This document shows positions 48,960 through 59,688 of a stretch of DNA of 64,000 nt, one piece after another (within the stretch, counting starts at the first letter, position 1; every line of letters begins with the position of its first letter). The stretch comes from Planctomycetota bacterium (lineage in GTDB: Bacteria > Planctomycetota > UBA11346). Position numbers and translations under genes: made by a program. The notes under the pieces are model-generated. The model was not told the DNA's origin. It was given only the letters and a program-made list of their open reading frames with translations, and did not search any database. Where the stretch lies: the NCBI GenBank assembly GCA_038231435.1, contig JBBRLJ010000031.1, forward strand, positions 1 through 64,000, read 5' to 3'.

Positions 48960-50477
48960 TCAGCCGGGATCCGCCGCGGCGATTGCCGGACCGGCGCGCT
49001 TGCGGCGCAGCCACCCGGTTCCCGCGATGGGCAGGTAGACCACCGCTCCAAGCACGACTGCGGCGACCAGACGCAGCGCGGCAAAGCCCGAGGCGCGGTG
49101 CGCGGGCTGCGGCCACCAGTGCAGCATGGCCAGCACCGCGATGCCCATGACCCCAGCCGCCACGGCGGGACGCGCCAGGCCGACGAGGCTGACGACGTGT
49201 CCGCAGCCACGTTGCTTGAGGATCACCAGGTAGATCGCGCATCCGACGAAGCTGGCGATCGCGGTGGCCAGGGCGAGCCCCGCCTCGCGCAGCGGCGTCG
49301 CGACCACCAGGATGACGTTCAGCGCGAGGTTGAGCGCCACCATCCATAGGCTGATGATCATCGGCGTGCGCTGGTCGCGGTGGGCGTGGAAGGCCCGCAC
49401 CAGCAGCTTCGACATCGAGATCGGCACCAGCGCGAGCCCCAGCATCTGGGTGACCAGCACGGTGCGCGCGACGCTCTCGGCGCCGAAGTTGCCGGTCTGG
49501 TAGATGGTGCGCACCAGCGGCTCCGCGGTGGCGAGCAGCCCCACCGCGGCGGGCAGCAGCCAGAATGACTGCAGCTTGGCGGCCTCGCGCAGGCCCTCGC
49601 CGGTGGCCGGCCAACCTTCGCCGGCACGGCGCGCGAGTTCCGGGTAGGCGGCGGTGGTCACGCCATGGCCGATCAGCGCCATGGGAAACTGCAGCAGACG
49701 GTTGCCGAAATACAGGAACGATACCGCGCCCGCACCTGGGATCAGCGCCATGGCGATGATGCTGTCGAGCAGCGCGTTCACCTGGTAGATGCCCGAGGCG
49801 ACCACCACTGGCAGCACCGCGCGACGCATCTCATCGGTCTTCGCCGTTGCTCGAACCGACAGCGGGGGCACGCCGCCGGTGCGGCGCAGCGCCCAGAGGT
49901 GCAGCGCCATCTGCAGCACTCCGGCCGAGAGCACGGCGTACGGCATCAGCCAGGCCTCGTCCTCGACGTCCATGCCGATGGTGACGATCATGCAGATGTT
50001 GAGGATCACCGGCGCCGCAGCCGGCACCCAGAAGTGGCGGCGGCCGTTGAGCGCGCCAGCCATGATCGCCACCACGCAGACGAAGATCAGGTATGGGATC
50101 TGCGGGATCGCCATGGCGGCGACGATCACGATCTTGCCTGAGCCATGCGCCAGCAATAGCGCCGCGACCGCCATCCCGGCTCCAGCGAGCAGGGTGAGCC
50201 CGATGGCCAGGCGCGTCACCACCGCGCCGGCGAAGACGTCTGCTGCCACGGGATCGCGTTCTCGCTCCTGTATATAGCGGGGGATGAAGGCCGCCGAGAG
50301 CGCGCCTTCGCCGAACAGGTTGCGCAAAAGATTGGGAAGCGCGAACGCCACCAGGAAGGCATCGAGGATCATCGAGCCGCCGAGCGTATGGGCCCACAAC
50401 CGGTCACGTAGCAACCCGAGCACCCGGCTGGCGAGCGTCCACGAACTCACGGTGAAGGCACGGCGCGCTAGGGACAC
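48960..50477 (-). CDS. murJ: Lipid II flippase
   Basis: SRVLGLLRD, DAFLVAF.LPNLLRNLFGEGALSAAFIP, RLLQFP. Confidence 0.95.
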   Translation of the reverse strand: MSLARRAFTVSSWTLASRVLGLLRDRLWAHTLGGSMILDAFLVAFALPNLLRNLFGEGALSAAFIPRYIQERERDPVAADVFAGAVVTRLAIGLTLLAGAGMAVAALLLAHGSGKIVIVAAMAIPQIPYLIFVCVVAIMAGALNGRRHFWVPAAAPVILNICMIVTIGMDVEDEAWLMPYAVLSAGVLQMALHLWALRRTGGVPPLSVRATAKTDEMRRAVLPVVVASGIYQVNALLDSIIAMALIPGAGAVSFLYFGNRLLQFPMALIGHGVTTAAYPELARRAGEGWPATGEGLREAAKLQSFWLLPAAVGLLATAEPLVRTIYQTGNFGAESVARTVLVTQMLGLALVPISMSKLLVRAFHAHRDQRTPMIISLWMVALNLALNVILVVATPLREAGLALATAIASFVGCAIYLVILKQRGCGHVVSLVGLARPAVAAGVMGIAVLAMLHWWPQPAHRASGFAALRLVAAVVLGAVVYLPIAGTGWLRRKRAGPAIAAADPG

Positions 50478-50584
50478 GGACCACCGTCCATCGTGTGGAA
50501 AGCAACGGTCGTCGACATCACGGAGCCGTCATTCGACGACAGCCGACCGAGAAGAGCGGACGGGCAGAATTTCTTTCCGATGCT

Positions 50585-50617
50585 GTCCGACCCCGGACAC
50601 GGACGAAGGTCGGACAC
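50585..50617 (-). terminator. Hairpin just downstream of purU
   Basis: TGTCCGACC...GGTCGGACA inverted repeat; no clear U-tract. Confidence 0.4.
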
Positions 50618-50620
50618 CAT

Positions 50621-51481
50621 TCAGCCGAACACGATCGTACGATTGCCCGATACCAGCACGCGTCGCTGCAGGTGCAGGCGGACGGCGCGCGTCAGCACCT
50701 GGCGTTCGAGTTCGCGGCCCTTGCGCACCAGGTCCTGGACGTCATCGCGATGGCTGACGCGGCAGACGTCCTGCTCGATGATCGGCCCCTGGTCGAGCTC
50801 GCTGGTCACGTAGTGGGCGGTGGCGCCGATGATCTTCACGCCGCGTTCCTTGGCCTGGTGGTACGGGCGCGCGCCCACGAACGCCGGTAAGAAGGAGTGG
50901 TGGATGTTGATGATGCGGCCGGGCCAGCGCGCCACGAAGCCGGGCGACAGGATCTGCATGTAGCGGGCGAGCACCACCACGTCGATTCCGAGGCTGTCGA
51001 GCAGCCGCTGCTGGGCATCCTCTGCGGCCGCCTTGCCGCCCGCGCCAGGATTCACGGCGATGGCAGTGAACGGCACGTCGAAATGCTTGGCCACCGACGC
51101 GAGATCGTCGTGGTTCGAGACGACCGTGGCGATCTCGCCGCCAAGCTCGCCGAGCTGATGGCAGAGCAGCAGGTCGTACAGGCAGTGCGGGGTCTTGCTC
51201 GCGAACACCGCCACCCGCGGCCGACGCTCGGAATAGGTCAGCTCCCAGTGCAGCTCGAACCGGGTGGCAAGGGCGGTGAGCGCGGCGTCCAGAGACGCCT
51301 TGTCGAGCTTGAAGCGCACCAGGTCCCAGACCAGGCGCATGAAGAACAGCCCGCTCTCGTCCTCGGCGTGCTGGTCGGCGTCGAGGATGTTGCCGCCATT
51401 GGCGAAGACGAACTCCGACAGCGCCGCCACCAGGCCGGTGCGATCGCGGCAGCTCACCAGCAAGGTGGCGGTCGCGCTCAT
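50621..51481 (-). CDS. purU: Formyltetrahydrofolate deformylase
   Basis: N-terminal ACT (CRDRTGLV), LARYMQIL, INIHHSFLPAF.GARPY, GATAHYV, GPIIEQ. Confidence 0.96.
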   Translation of the reverse strand: MSATATLLVSCRDRTGLVAALSEFVFANGGNILDADQHAEDESGLFFMRLVWDLVRFKLDKASLDAALTALATRFELHWELTYSERRPRVAVFASKTPHCLYDLLLCHQLGELGGEIATVVSNHDDLASVAKHFDVPFTAIAVNPGAGGKAAAEDAQQRLLDSLGIDVVVLARYMQILSPGFVARWPGRIINIHHSFLPAFVGARPYHQAKERGVKIIGATAHYVTSELDQGPIIEQDVCRVSHRDDVQDLVRKGRELERQVLTRAVRLHLQRRVLVSGNRTIVFG

Positions 51482-52056
51482 GGTGACAGCGTCCGCTCGA
51501 TGCGTTCGACACGCTTCGCGAACTCGTCATCGGCGATGGCGGCCGTCGAACCGTCGGTGGGGACGGCATCGTCGAGCTCGATCCAGCTGCGGCAGCCGGC
51601 GTAGCTCGGACGATCCAGGATGTCGACCACGGCGGGCAGGCGCCACGCGCGCAGCGCGAGCAGGAACAACCACGGCTGGCTGCGGTACTGGAAGCGCGCG
51701 GCGAGCTCGTCCGAGGTCCACATCAGCTCGTCGCCCAGCGCTTGGATGCGTTCGAGGGAATCGCACTTCCAGACCTTCGCCACATCAGCCCAGGCGCTGA
51801 TCGGGATCTTGCCGAGCGAGGGATTATCGGCGGACTCCGCGAGATAGGCGCCGGTGAAGCGCGGCTTGAGACGCTCAGACTTCTGGTGCAGGTAGGAGGG
51901 CAGCATCAGGAAGCGCTCGCGCTCAGGCGCGAAGGTGCCGCCGCGCGGCTCGTGGATGCCGCCCTTGCGCGCGATCAGGCACACCGCCCCCTCGCGCAGC
52001 GCGCGCACGCATACCGCCCATTCCTGGAGGCCGACACGCAGTCCTGGGGTGATCAT
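51478..52056 (-). CDS. DUF1802 family protein
   Basis: LQEWAVCVRAL..G...RKGGIHE, PSYLHQ, YAGCRSWIEL. Confidence 0.85.
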   Translation of the reverse strand: MITPGLRVGLQEWAVCVRALREGAVCLIARKGGIHEPRGGTFAPERERFLMLPSYLHQKSERLKPRFTGAYLAESADNPSLGKIPISAWADVAKVWKCDSLERIQALGDELMWTSDELAARFQYRSQPWLFLLALRAWRLPAVVDILDRPSYAGCRSWIELDDAVPTDGSTAAIADDEFAKRVERIERTLSP

Positions 52057-52081
52057 GGAGCCCACCACATCGGGTACGGAT

Positions 52082-53008
52082 TCATCGCTGCTGCCTCGAC
52101 AGGAAACGTTCCACCTCGACCCGTAGCGGCATGCTCGGCATCGCGCCCTTCTTCTGGATGCACAGCGCCGCGGCGGCGCAGGCGAAGGTGAGGCGGACGG
52201 CCTCGAGTCCGCCTTCGAGCATCGCCACGGTGTACGCGGCGGTGAAGCAGTCGCCCGCGCCGGTGGTGTCCACCACCTCGACGGGGAACGGCGTGGCGTG
52301 GATCGGGTCCCCCTGCCGCGGCACCAGCAGAGCACCCCGCGCGCCGAGCTTGACCAGCACGGTGGCGACGCCGCGGGCCTGCAACGATCGCGCTGCGGCG
52401 ATCACCCCCGCCTCGTCGGCGGTCGGCATCCCGGTGAGACGGGCGAGCTCGGTCTCGTTCGGGCTGAGCACGGTGATCGATTCGAGCAGCTCGGACGACA
52501 GCGGGCGATCCATGCCGCCGGCGTCGAGCACCACCGGTACCTGCGCGGCACGGGCGGCGGCCGCGGCGGCGATGTTGATCTCCTCGGGGATCTCACGCTG
52601 GAGCAGCAAGGCGCCGGCGCTGGCGATGCGCTCACGTAGGGCGGAGCCCACGCCATTCCAGCGCTGGTTCGCGCCGGCGACGATGATGATCGAATTCTCG
52701 CCACCCTGCTGCAGCAGGATGAACGCCTGGCCGGTTTCGCCCGGGATCAGCGCCAGGTGGTCGAGCATCACGCCGGCCTCGCCGAGGGCGACGCGCAGCG
52801 GCGCGGCGAAGGCGTCGCTGCCGAGCTGGCCCGCGAACCAGGTCTCTTGCCCCAGGCGCGCGGCGGCGGCGGCCTGATTGGCGCCCTTGCCACCGGGACG
52901 CAGCGCGGCGTTCTCGCCCGACAGGGTCTCGCCGCGCGCCGGCAGGCGCTCGATCTCGACATAGAGATCGGCGTTCACCGATCCGACGACGACCAGGGGC
53001 TTGGCCAT
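52082..53008 (-). CDS. rbsK: Ribokinase
   Basis: GSVNAD, GGKGANQA, PNETE, DTTGAGD. Confidence 0.93.
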   Translation of the reverse strand: MAKPLVVVGSVNADLYVEIERLPARGETLSGENAALRPGGKGANQAAAAARLGQETWFAGQLGSDAFAAPLRVALGEAGVMLDHLALIPGETGQAFILLQQGGENSIIIVAGANQRWNGVGSALRERIASAGALLLQREIPEEINIAAAAAARAAQVPVVLDAGGMDRPLSSELLESITVLSPNETELARLTGMPTADEAGVIAAARSLQARGVATVLVKLGARGALLVPRQGDPIHATPFPVEVVDTTGAGDCFTAAYTVAMLEGGLEAVRLTFACAAAALCIQKKGAMPSMPLRVEVERFLSRQQR

Positions 53009-53041
53009 GGTTGGTGAGTATGCTGGCGGCGAGCCTGAGCG

Positions 53042-54817
53042 CTAGGCGCGCAGCCGGGCGATCGCGACGGCCGCGGCGCCAGCGAGCGGAATGTTCTCGG
53101 CCGGGGTGCGGCGTGGCTTGAGCTCGACGGTGCCCTCGGCGATGCCACGACCGCAGACGATGCGCAGCGGGATGCCGATCAGATCCCAATCCTTGAACTT
53201 CACGCCTGGCTTGACGTCGCGGTCGTCCAGCACGGCTTCGATCCCCTGGGCCAGCAGTTCGCGGTAGAGGCCCTCGGCAGCCTGCTCGACGGCCGCGTCG
53301 CCAGCCTTGGCCGGGACCACCACGCACTGGTACGGGGCGATCGAGGCCGGCCAGCAGATGCCGTCGGCGTCGTGGTGCTGCTCGACCGCTGCCGCGACCA
53401 CACGCGAAGTGCCGATGCCGTAGCAGCCCATCACGAAGGGATGCAGCTTCTGGTCGGCGCCGGTGAACTCTGCTTTCATGGCCGCCGAATACTTCGTGCC
53501 CAGCTTGAAGACGTGTCCGACCTCGATGCCGCGTTTCACCTGCAGCGGCTTGCCGCTCTGCGCACAGGCGTCGCCCGCGACGATGGTGACGATCTCCTCG
53601 TAGTGCACGGTGACGTGCGCGTCGCGCGCCGGCACGAAGCCCACGATGTGGTGATCGGTGAGGTTCGCTCCCGCGACCATCGCGCCCGCGTCCTGCAGGT
53701 TGCGGTCGAGGATGCACATGCCCACCTTCAGCCCCTTCGCGGGGCCAGCATAGCCGGGAGCGGCGCTGGTGGCGTCGAGCACCTCGTCGGGCGTCATCTG
53801 CCTGAGCGTCAGCACCGGGCCCTCGCTCGGATGGGACACCGTGACCAAACGGGTCAACGCATTCACCAGCTTGACCTCGTTGACCTCGCGGTCGCCACGC
53901 ACGCATGCGGCCACCTGGTGCGAGCCGGCCGAAGTCTTGGCGACGTACAGCACCGTCTTGAGCATGTGCTGCGGGCGCAGCGTCGGATGTCCATGAGCAT
54001 TCAGGAAAGCGGTGATCTCGGCGATGGTGCCGGCTCCCGGCGTATGGACGATCATCGCCGCTGGCGGCGCCTCCCACTGCGGAGCAGGAGCGAGCCGCCC
54101 CTGGGCGCGTTCGACGTTCGCCGCGTAGCCGGACTCGGGACAGAAGAGGATGGTGTCCTCGCCGACATCGGCTGCGACCATGAACTCGTGGCTGCCGCTG
54201 CCGCCGATGGCGCCAGAGTCGGCCTCGACGGCGAAGGCCTCGAGCCCGAGGCGCTTGAACGCGCGCTGGTAGGCCTGGCGCATCGCCTGGTAGGTCTGAT
54301 CCAGGGACTCGTCGGACGCATGGAAACTGTAGGCGTCCATCATGATGAACTCCTTCACCCGCATCAGGCCGAAGCGCGGACGGATCTCGTCGCGGAACTT
54401 GGTGTGCTGCTGGAAGAAGGTGACCGGGAGCTGCTTGTGGCTCTTCACCACATGGGCCGCGTAATCGGTCACCACTTCCTCGGCGGTGGGCGCGAGACCG
54501 AAGACCATGCCGCCACGGTCCTTGACGGTGAGCATGGTGCGGGTGGCCTGGTAGGTCGCCCAGCGGCCGCTCTTCTCCCACAACGCCTGCTCCTGGAGGA
54601 TGGGCATCACCACCTCGAGCGCACCAGTCGAGGCCATCTCCTCGGCGACGATGCGCGAGACCTTGTCGAGCACGCGCTTGAGCAGCGGTGCATAGAGGTA
54701 CAGGCCAGCCCCGCTCTTGTGCAGGAATCCCGCGCGCATGAGCAGTCGATGGCTGGCGATCTCAGCTTCCGACGGGTCTTCGCGCAGGGTCGAGATGTTC
54801 ATCCGGCTGGCGCGCAT
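53042..54817 (-). CDS. proS: Proline-tRNA ligase (with editing insertion)
   Basis: PTAEE, KFRDEIRPRFGLMRVKEF.MMDAYSF, GIEVGHVFKLG, MGCYGIG. Confidence 0.97.
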   Translation of the reverse strand: MRASRMNISTLREDPSEAEIASHRLLMRAGFLHKSGAGLYLYAPLLKRVLDKVSRIVAEEMASTGALEVVMPILQEQALWEKSGRWATYQATRTMLTVKDRGGMVFGLAPTAEEVVTDYAAHVVKSHKQLPVTFFQQHTKFRDEIRPRFGLMRVKEFIMMDAYSFHASDESLDQTYQAMRQAYQRAFKRLGLEAFAVEADSGAIGGSGSHEFMVAADVGEDTILFCPESGYAANVERAQGRLAPAPQWEAPPAAMIVHTPGAGTIAEITAFLNAHGHPTLRPQHMLKTVLYVAKTSAGSHQVAACVRGDREVNEVKLVNALTRLVTVSHPSEGPVLTLRQMTPDEVLDATSAAPGYAGPAKGLKVGMCILDRNLQDAGAMVAGANLTDHHIVGFVPARDAHVTVHYEEIVTIVAGDACAQSGKPLQVKRGIEVGHVFKLGTKYSAAMKAEFTGADQKLHPFVMGCYGIGTSRVVAAAVEQHHDADGICWPASIAPYQCVVVPAKAGDAAVEQAAEGLYRELLAQGIEAVLDDRDVKPGVKFKDWDLIGIPLRIVCGRGIAEGTVELKPRRTPAENIPLAGAAAVAIARLRA

Positions 54818-54997
54818 GGGTTCTCCGAGGTCGCGGAGTGTTCCGACGGCACGGGCGGTTGCAACGTGCGCTGGCCCCCGGTCCTCGACGGCTTGTACAA
54901 CTCCCGGGCTTCAGTGCGCCTGCCCGAGCCGGACCGGCTATAATCGCCGCTCCCCGTTTTCTTCTCAACCAACCCAGATCCTCGAGACAGGTGCATC

Positions 54998-56020
54998 ATG
55001 AATACCCGACCGATCCTCGCCCTGACCACCGTCATGCTGACCCTGGTTGCGGTCGGCGGATGCTCCCAGAACCATTCCCAACACGCCAAGAACGGCCAGG
55101 ACGCCGTCGTGTCCTCGGGCAGCCAGTCCGGGTCCAACGCGGGCGCGAACGCCAAGGACCGGGCCAGCGGCGACGCCTCACCGCGCGATGATGCCTCGCT
55201 GCGGCAAACGGCCCGAGACGACGTGGCAGCCCCGGAGCCGCGCCAGCAAGAGGTGTCTCCGGCGGTGGACTCCCAGGCGTCCACCCCGTCGGACACGATC
55301 GCCACTCAGCTCGAGCAGCGGCAAGCGGACCAGCGCTCGCACCAGGCCAAGCAGGCAGCCGACCAGCAGATGCAGCAGATCGACGATCAGCGTGCGCAGG
55401 TCCAGCAGCAGTCTCGTGAGCAGGTCGGCCAGGTGACCTCGGAGGGCAAGCAGAAGAAGTCTGAGATCTCGCAGCAGCGCGAACAGATCAAGGCCGATGC
55501 CCGCCAGCAGAAGCAGCAGATCGACGAAGAGACCCGGCAGCAGTTGAAGCCGCTCGATGATCAGGAGCGGCAGGCGCAGGACCAGGCGCGCCAGCAGAAG
55601 CAGCAGATCGACGACCAACTCGCGGCCGATGAGAAGCCTGTGAAGGCCCAGCTCGACCAGTTCGAAGCCGATGCCAAGCAGAAGAAGGAGCAGATCGATC
55701 AGCAGGACCGGCAGCAGATCCAGCCGCTGATCGATCAGCGCAGGCAGCTCAAGGATCAGGCCCAGGCCAAGAAGGACGAGATCGATGCCAAGACGAAGGA
55801 ACAGACCTCGCAGCTCGATCAGCGGAAGCGCGAGATCAACCAGGAGACCAGGCAGCAGAAGCAGTCGACGCAGGAGCAGGCGGATCAGCAGTTGAAGCCA
55901 CTCGACGAACAGAAGTCTCAAGAAGGCGATCAGGCGCGGCGGGACCAGCAGCGCATCAAGGAAGACGCGCAGCGGCAGCAGCAGGCGGCGAGCGACGCCT
56001 CGGCGGCGAACGTACCCTGA
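54998..56020 (+). CDS. Gln-rich coiled-coil lipoprotein with 29-aa repeats
   Basis: Lipobox-like VGGC after a hydrophobic stretch; AGGTG RBS and upstream TATAAT; 87-nt internal periodicity. Confidence 0.8.
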   Translation: MNTRPILALTTVMLTLVAVGGCSQNHSQHAKNGQDAVVSSGSQSGSNAGANAKDRASGDASPRDDASLRQTARDDVAAPEPRQQEVSPAVDSQASTPSDTIATQLEQRQADQRSHQAKQAADQQMQQIDDQRAQVQQQSREQVGQVTSEGKQKKSEISQQREQIKADARQQKQQIDEETRQQLKPLDDQERQAQDQARQQKQQIDDQLAADEKPVKAQLDQFEADAKQKKEQIDQQDRQQIQPLIDQRRQLKDQAQAKKDEIDAKTKEQTSQLDQRKREINQETRQQKQSTQEQADQQLKPLDEQKSQEGDQARRDQQRIKEDAQRQQQAASDASAANVP

Positions 56021-56134
56021 CGGATTCCTGCGCTGATTCGCAACCTCCGATGACGCTCGCCGCCTGGAGCCAGGCGGCGAGTGATCGCGCTTGATCGCGC
56101 TTGGAATGCCCGCTGCGCACCTAGCCTGTGAGCC

Positions 56135-56707
56135 ATGCCTGCCACCGATGCGCTCGAAGCCATCCGTTCGCGCCGGACGCACAAGGCGTTCACCGGGCAG
56201 GCGGTGCCGCGGCCCATGCTCGAGTCGTTGCTGGAGCTCGCGCGCTGGGCTCCCACCCACCGCCTGAGCGAACCCTGGAGGTTCTGCGTCCTCGAGCAGC
56301 CGGCGATCGCCAAGCTGATGGACTTTGTCCGCGCCCAGCCTGACATCGCCGTGACGCCGGATCCCGCGAAGGGCGCGGCCAAGCTCGCCAAGTTGCTCGG
56401 GCGGCTGCCGCAGGCAGGAGCGCTGGTCTTCGCCACCTGGATCCGCGCGGCGGATGCGCGCATCGACCTCGAGGACCACGCGTCGGCCGCCGCCGCGGTG
56501 CAGAACGTGTTGCTCGGATGCACCGCGCATGGACTCGCCAGCTTTTGGAGCACCACCGCGGCGCTCGCCCACCCGGCGACCCAGCAGTGGTGCGGCATCG
56601 ACTCGCGGACCGAGGGCTTCCTCGGCTGCATCTGGATCGGATACCCGGTGGCGACGCCTCCCGCGCCGCCACGCAAACCGCTCACCGAGCGGGTGAGGTG
56701 GCTCTAG
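56135..56707 (+). CDS. Nitroreductase family protein (YdjA-like)
   Basis: IRSRRT, ARWAPTH..EPWRF, AAVQNVLL, GLASFWST, IGYP. Confidence 0.92.
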   Translation: MPATDALEAIRSRRTHKAFTGQAVPRPMLESLLELARWAPTHRLSEPWRFCVLEQPAIAKLMDFVRAQPDIAVTPDPAKGAAKLAKLLGRLPQAGALVFATWIRAADARIDLEDHASAAAAVQNVLLGCTAHGLASFWSTTAALAHPATQQWCGIDSRTEGFLGCIWIGYPVATPPAPPRKPLTERVRWL

Positions 56708-56815
56708 CAGCATGGCCCAGCACTGTACTGACTCGCTTCGTACGTGGGCATCGCCCACGGCTCCACACGCCTCTCGTGGCCCGGCGGAACGCCGCCGTCA
56801 GCGCGGAGCCGGGCC

Positions 56816-57658
56816 ATGAGCGCCCTACTGATCGCCGGGCCGTTGGCCATCGACGCGCTTCCCGAGACCATGGGCCTGATTGGCGGGGCCGGCGGCTACG
56901 CGGCGATCGCCGCCGCGCCGCTGTCGTCAGTCCAGCTGTGGGCACGCGGTGGCGGTGATTACCCCGTGGCTGCGCGCGAGGTGCTGGGCAGGCACCACAT
57001 CGATCTCGCTGGCATCGGTTGGGACGGCGCCATGCCGCGCGTCGCGAGTCTGACCGAAGCGCCCACTCCCGGACCGCTCCTGCCGGACATCGAGCCGACC
57101 TCGGCCGAAAAGCTCGGAGCCGCCCTGGTGGTGGGCCTGCCCGCCGCCGAGGCCGAACGCGCGCTGGCGGTCATCGCTCCGCTCAAGCCACAGGCGGTGC
57201 TGGTGGCGCCCTGGGTATTCGACGCCCGGCATCTCGAACGCTGCTGCACTGTCGCCGATGCCCTGATCATGCCGCTTGACCGCGCGCTGGCGGCGACCGG
57301 CACCGCGGACGCCCTGAAGGCGGGCCGTCGCCTACGCGAACTCGGAGCCAAGGCGGTGGTGTTGACCGTGGGCATGCTGGGCGGCGTGATCGTCTACGGT
57401 GACAAGGCCACCACCTATCCGGCCCTGCCGGTCGAGGCCGGGTCCTCGACCGGGACGGGGGCAGCCTTCGCGGGCGCGCTCGCCGGTTGGTGCGCGGGCA
57501 ACGGGGCGGATTTCCGCGCCATCAAGCGTGGCTGCGCCATGGCGAGCGCGGTGGCGGGGCTATGCGCGCAGGGTGAGGGGCCGAAGAAGCTGCTGGTCGC
57601 CCATCGCGACCAGTACATGGAACGTTTCAACCGCTTGCGGCGAACGGCGAAATTCTGA
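56816..57658 (+). CDS. PfkB-family carbohydrate kinase homolog with degenerate catalytic motif
   Basis: IAGPLAID, GGAGGYAA, VVLTVGMLG; signature reads SSTGTGAAF instead of DxTGAGDxF. Confidence 0.8.
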   Translation: MSALLIAGPLAIDALPETMGLIGGAGGYAAIAAAPLSSVQLWARGGGDYPVAAREVLGRHHIDLAGIGWDGAMPRVASLTEAPTPGPLLPDIEPTSAEKLGAALVVGLPAAEAERALAVIAPLKPQAVLVAPWVFDARHLERCCTVADALIMPLDRALAATGTADALKAGRRLRELGAKAVVLTVGMLGGVIVYGDKATTYPALPVEAGSSTGTGAAFAGALAGWCAGNGADFRAIKRGCAMASAVAGLCAQGEGPKKLLVAHRDQYMERFNRLRRTAKF

Positions 57659-57826
57659 GCGGAGCCTGAGCGCTGTCTGAGCAGATGACGGTGGCGATTC
57701 CGCCACCAACCCTGCTCCAGGCGGCATTTCGAGGCCCTGGGCGTACCCGTTCCATGAGCCTGCAGGCCTTGATGCTGCGTTGACTTATGGCGTTGCGCCT
57801 CAGAGTGCCTGAGCCCGGGGGCGCGC

Positions 57827-58825
<999 letters not shown>

Positions 58826-58903
58826 CGCGCTGTCGCACCGCCGTGCACCCCAACAGCACCGCGGCTTGCGCCCGAGCCCCCTCCGTTACCGTTTCCCTGT
58901 CCT

Positions 58904-58977
<74 letters not shown>

Positions 58978-58986
58978 CTGTTTGTG

Positions 58987-59089
58987 CGGGGGCTTTGCCC
59001 CCGGTCCCCCACGACCTTTGTCGCCCTTCGATCTGGCCTTTCGGGCCAGATCGTTTGCGTGATGGGCTGCGCCCATTATTCACGCAAAC
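58987..59089. repeat. Cluster of three hairpins downstream of the tRNA
   Basis: CGGGGGC/GCCCCCG (58987-59003), CGATCTGGCC/GGCCAGATCG (59029-59053), GTTTGCGTGA/TCACGCAAAC (59053-59089). Confidence 0.8.
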
Positions 59090-59499
59090 CAGGGCTCGGC
59101 GGTCGGCGGGCTTTCTCCCGCTGGTTAATGAGCCAAGGTGGTCATGCGACATGTTCTGAGGACGACAGGTGAAGTGATTCGGCGAGCCTGAGTCGGCTCC
59201 TCTGCTCTGGTCGCGGCGTCGACGGTGTCGCTGAGCGTCAGGAGTGAGTTACGCAGCAGAAAAGCCGTCAGTATTATGTCATTTCTCCCACGACTCAGGC
59301 CGATGGCAACAGCGGCTAGAAACGTCGTTGCGCACTACTATGCACCCTATTTCGAAGAATCGCGCTCTTACCCTTATCGCTTCGCCTGCCTTTGGCTCCG
59401 CTGCATCCAGCTGTCACTGACGCCTCCCAGGCAACCAGGTCGCCCGCGTACTTGGGCCGCCGACTCGGTAACATGATAAGATATCATGGCGAGGCTCCC

Positions 59500-59688
59500 A
59501 TGCTCATCTCTAACCCCTTCATCATTCGCCCGGACCGGAACACCCATCTACTCGGCGCTGGGGCCATTGCCTTACTCATCCTGTACCTGCTCGTTGTGGC
59601 AGCGTATGGGTTCCATTACCCACGGGCAGCGCCGACCACGTCGCAGCACGCTGGCACGACGCTGCTCCGGCTACAGGCGCAGCATTGA
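59500..59688 (+). CDS. Possible small single-TM protein (62 aa)
   Basis: GAGG 5 nt before ATG; hydrophobic LLGAGAIALLILYLLVVAAYGF. Confidence 0.4.
   Translation: MLISNPFIIRPDRNTHLLGAGAIALLILYLLVVAAYGFHYPRAAPTTSQHAGTTLLRLQAQH

Noticed and set aside
55490..55920. 87-nt periodic repeats as a CRISPR array
   Set aside because: The repeats are in-frame, degenerate and coding; there are no unique spacers or cas genes.
59053..59089. Bulged hairpin as an integron attC site
   Set aside because: It lacks the RYYYAAC...GTTRRRY order, is too short and is not part of a cassette array.
59651..59668. TGGCACG as a sigma54 promoter
   Set aside because: GG-to-GC spacing is one base short of the required -24/-12 geometry, and it lies within a putative ORF.
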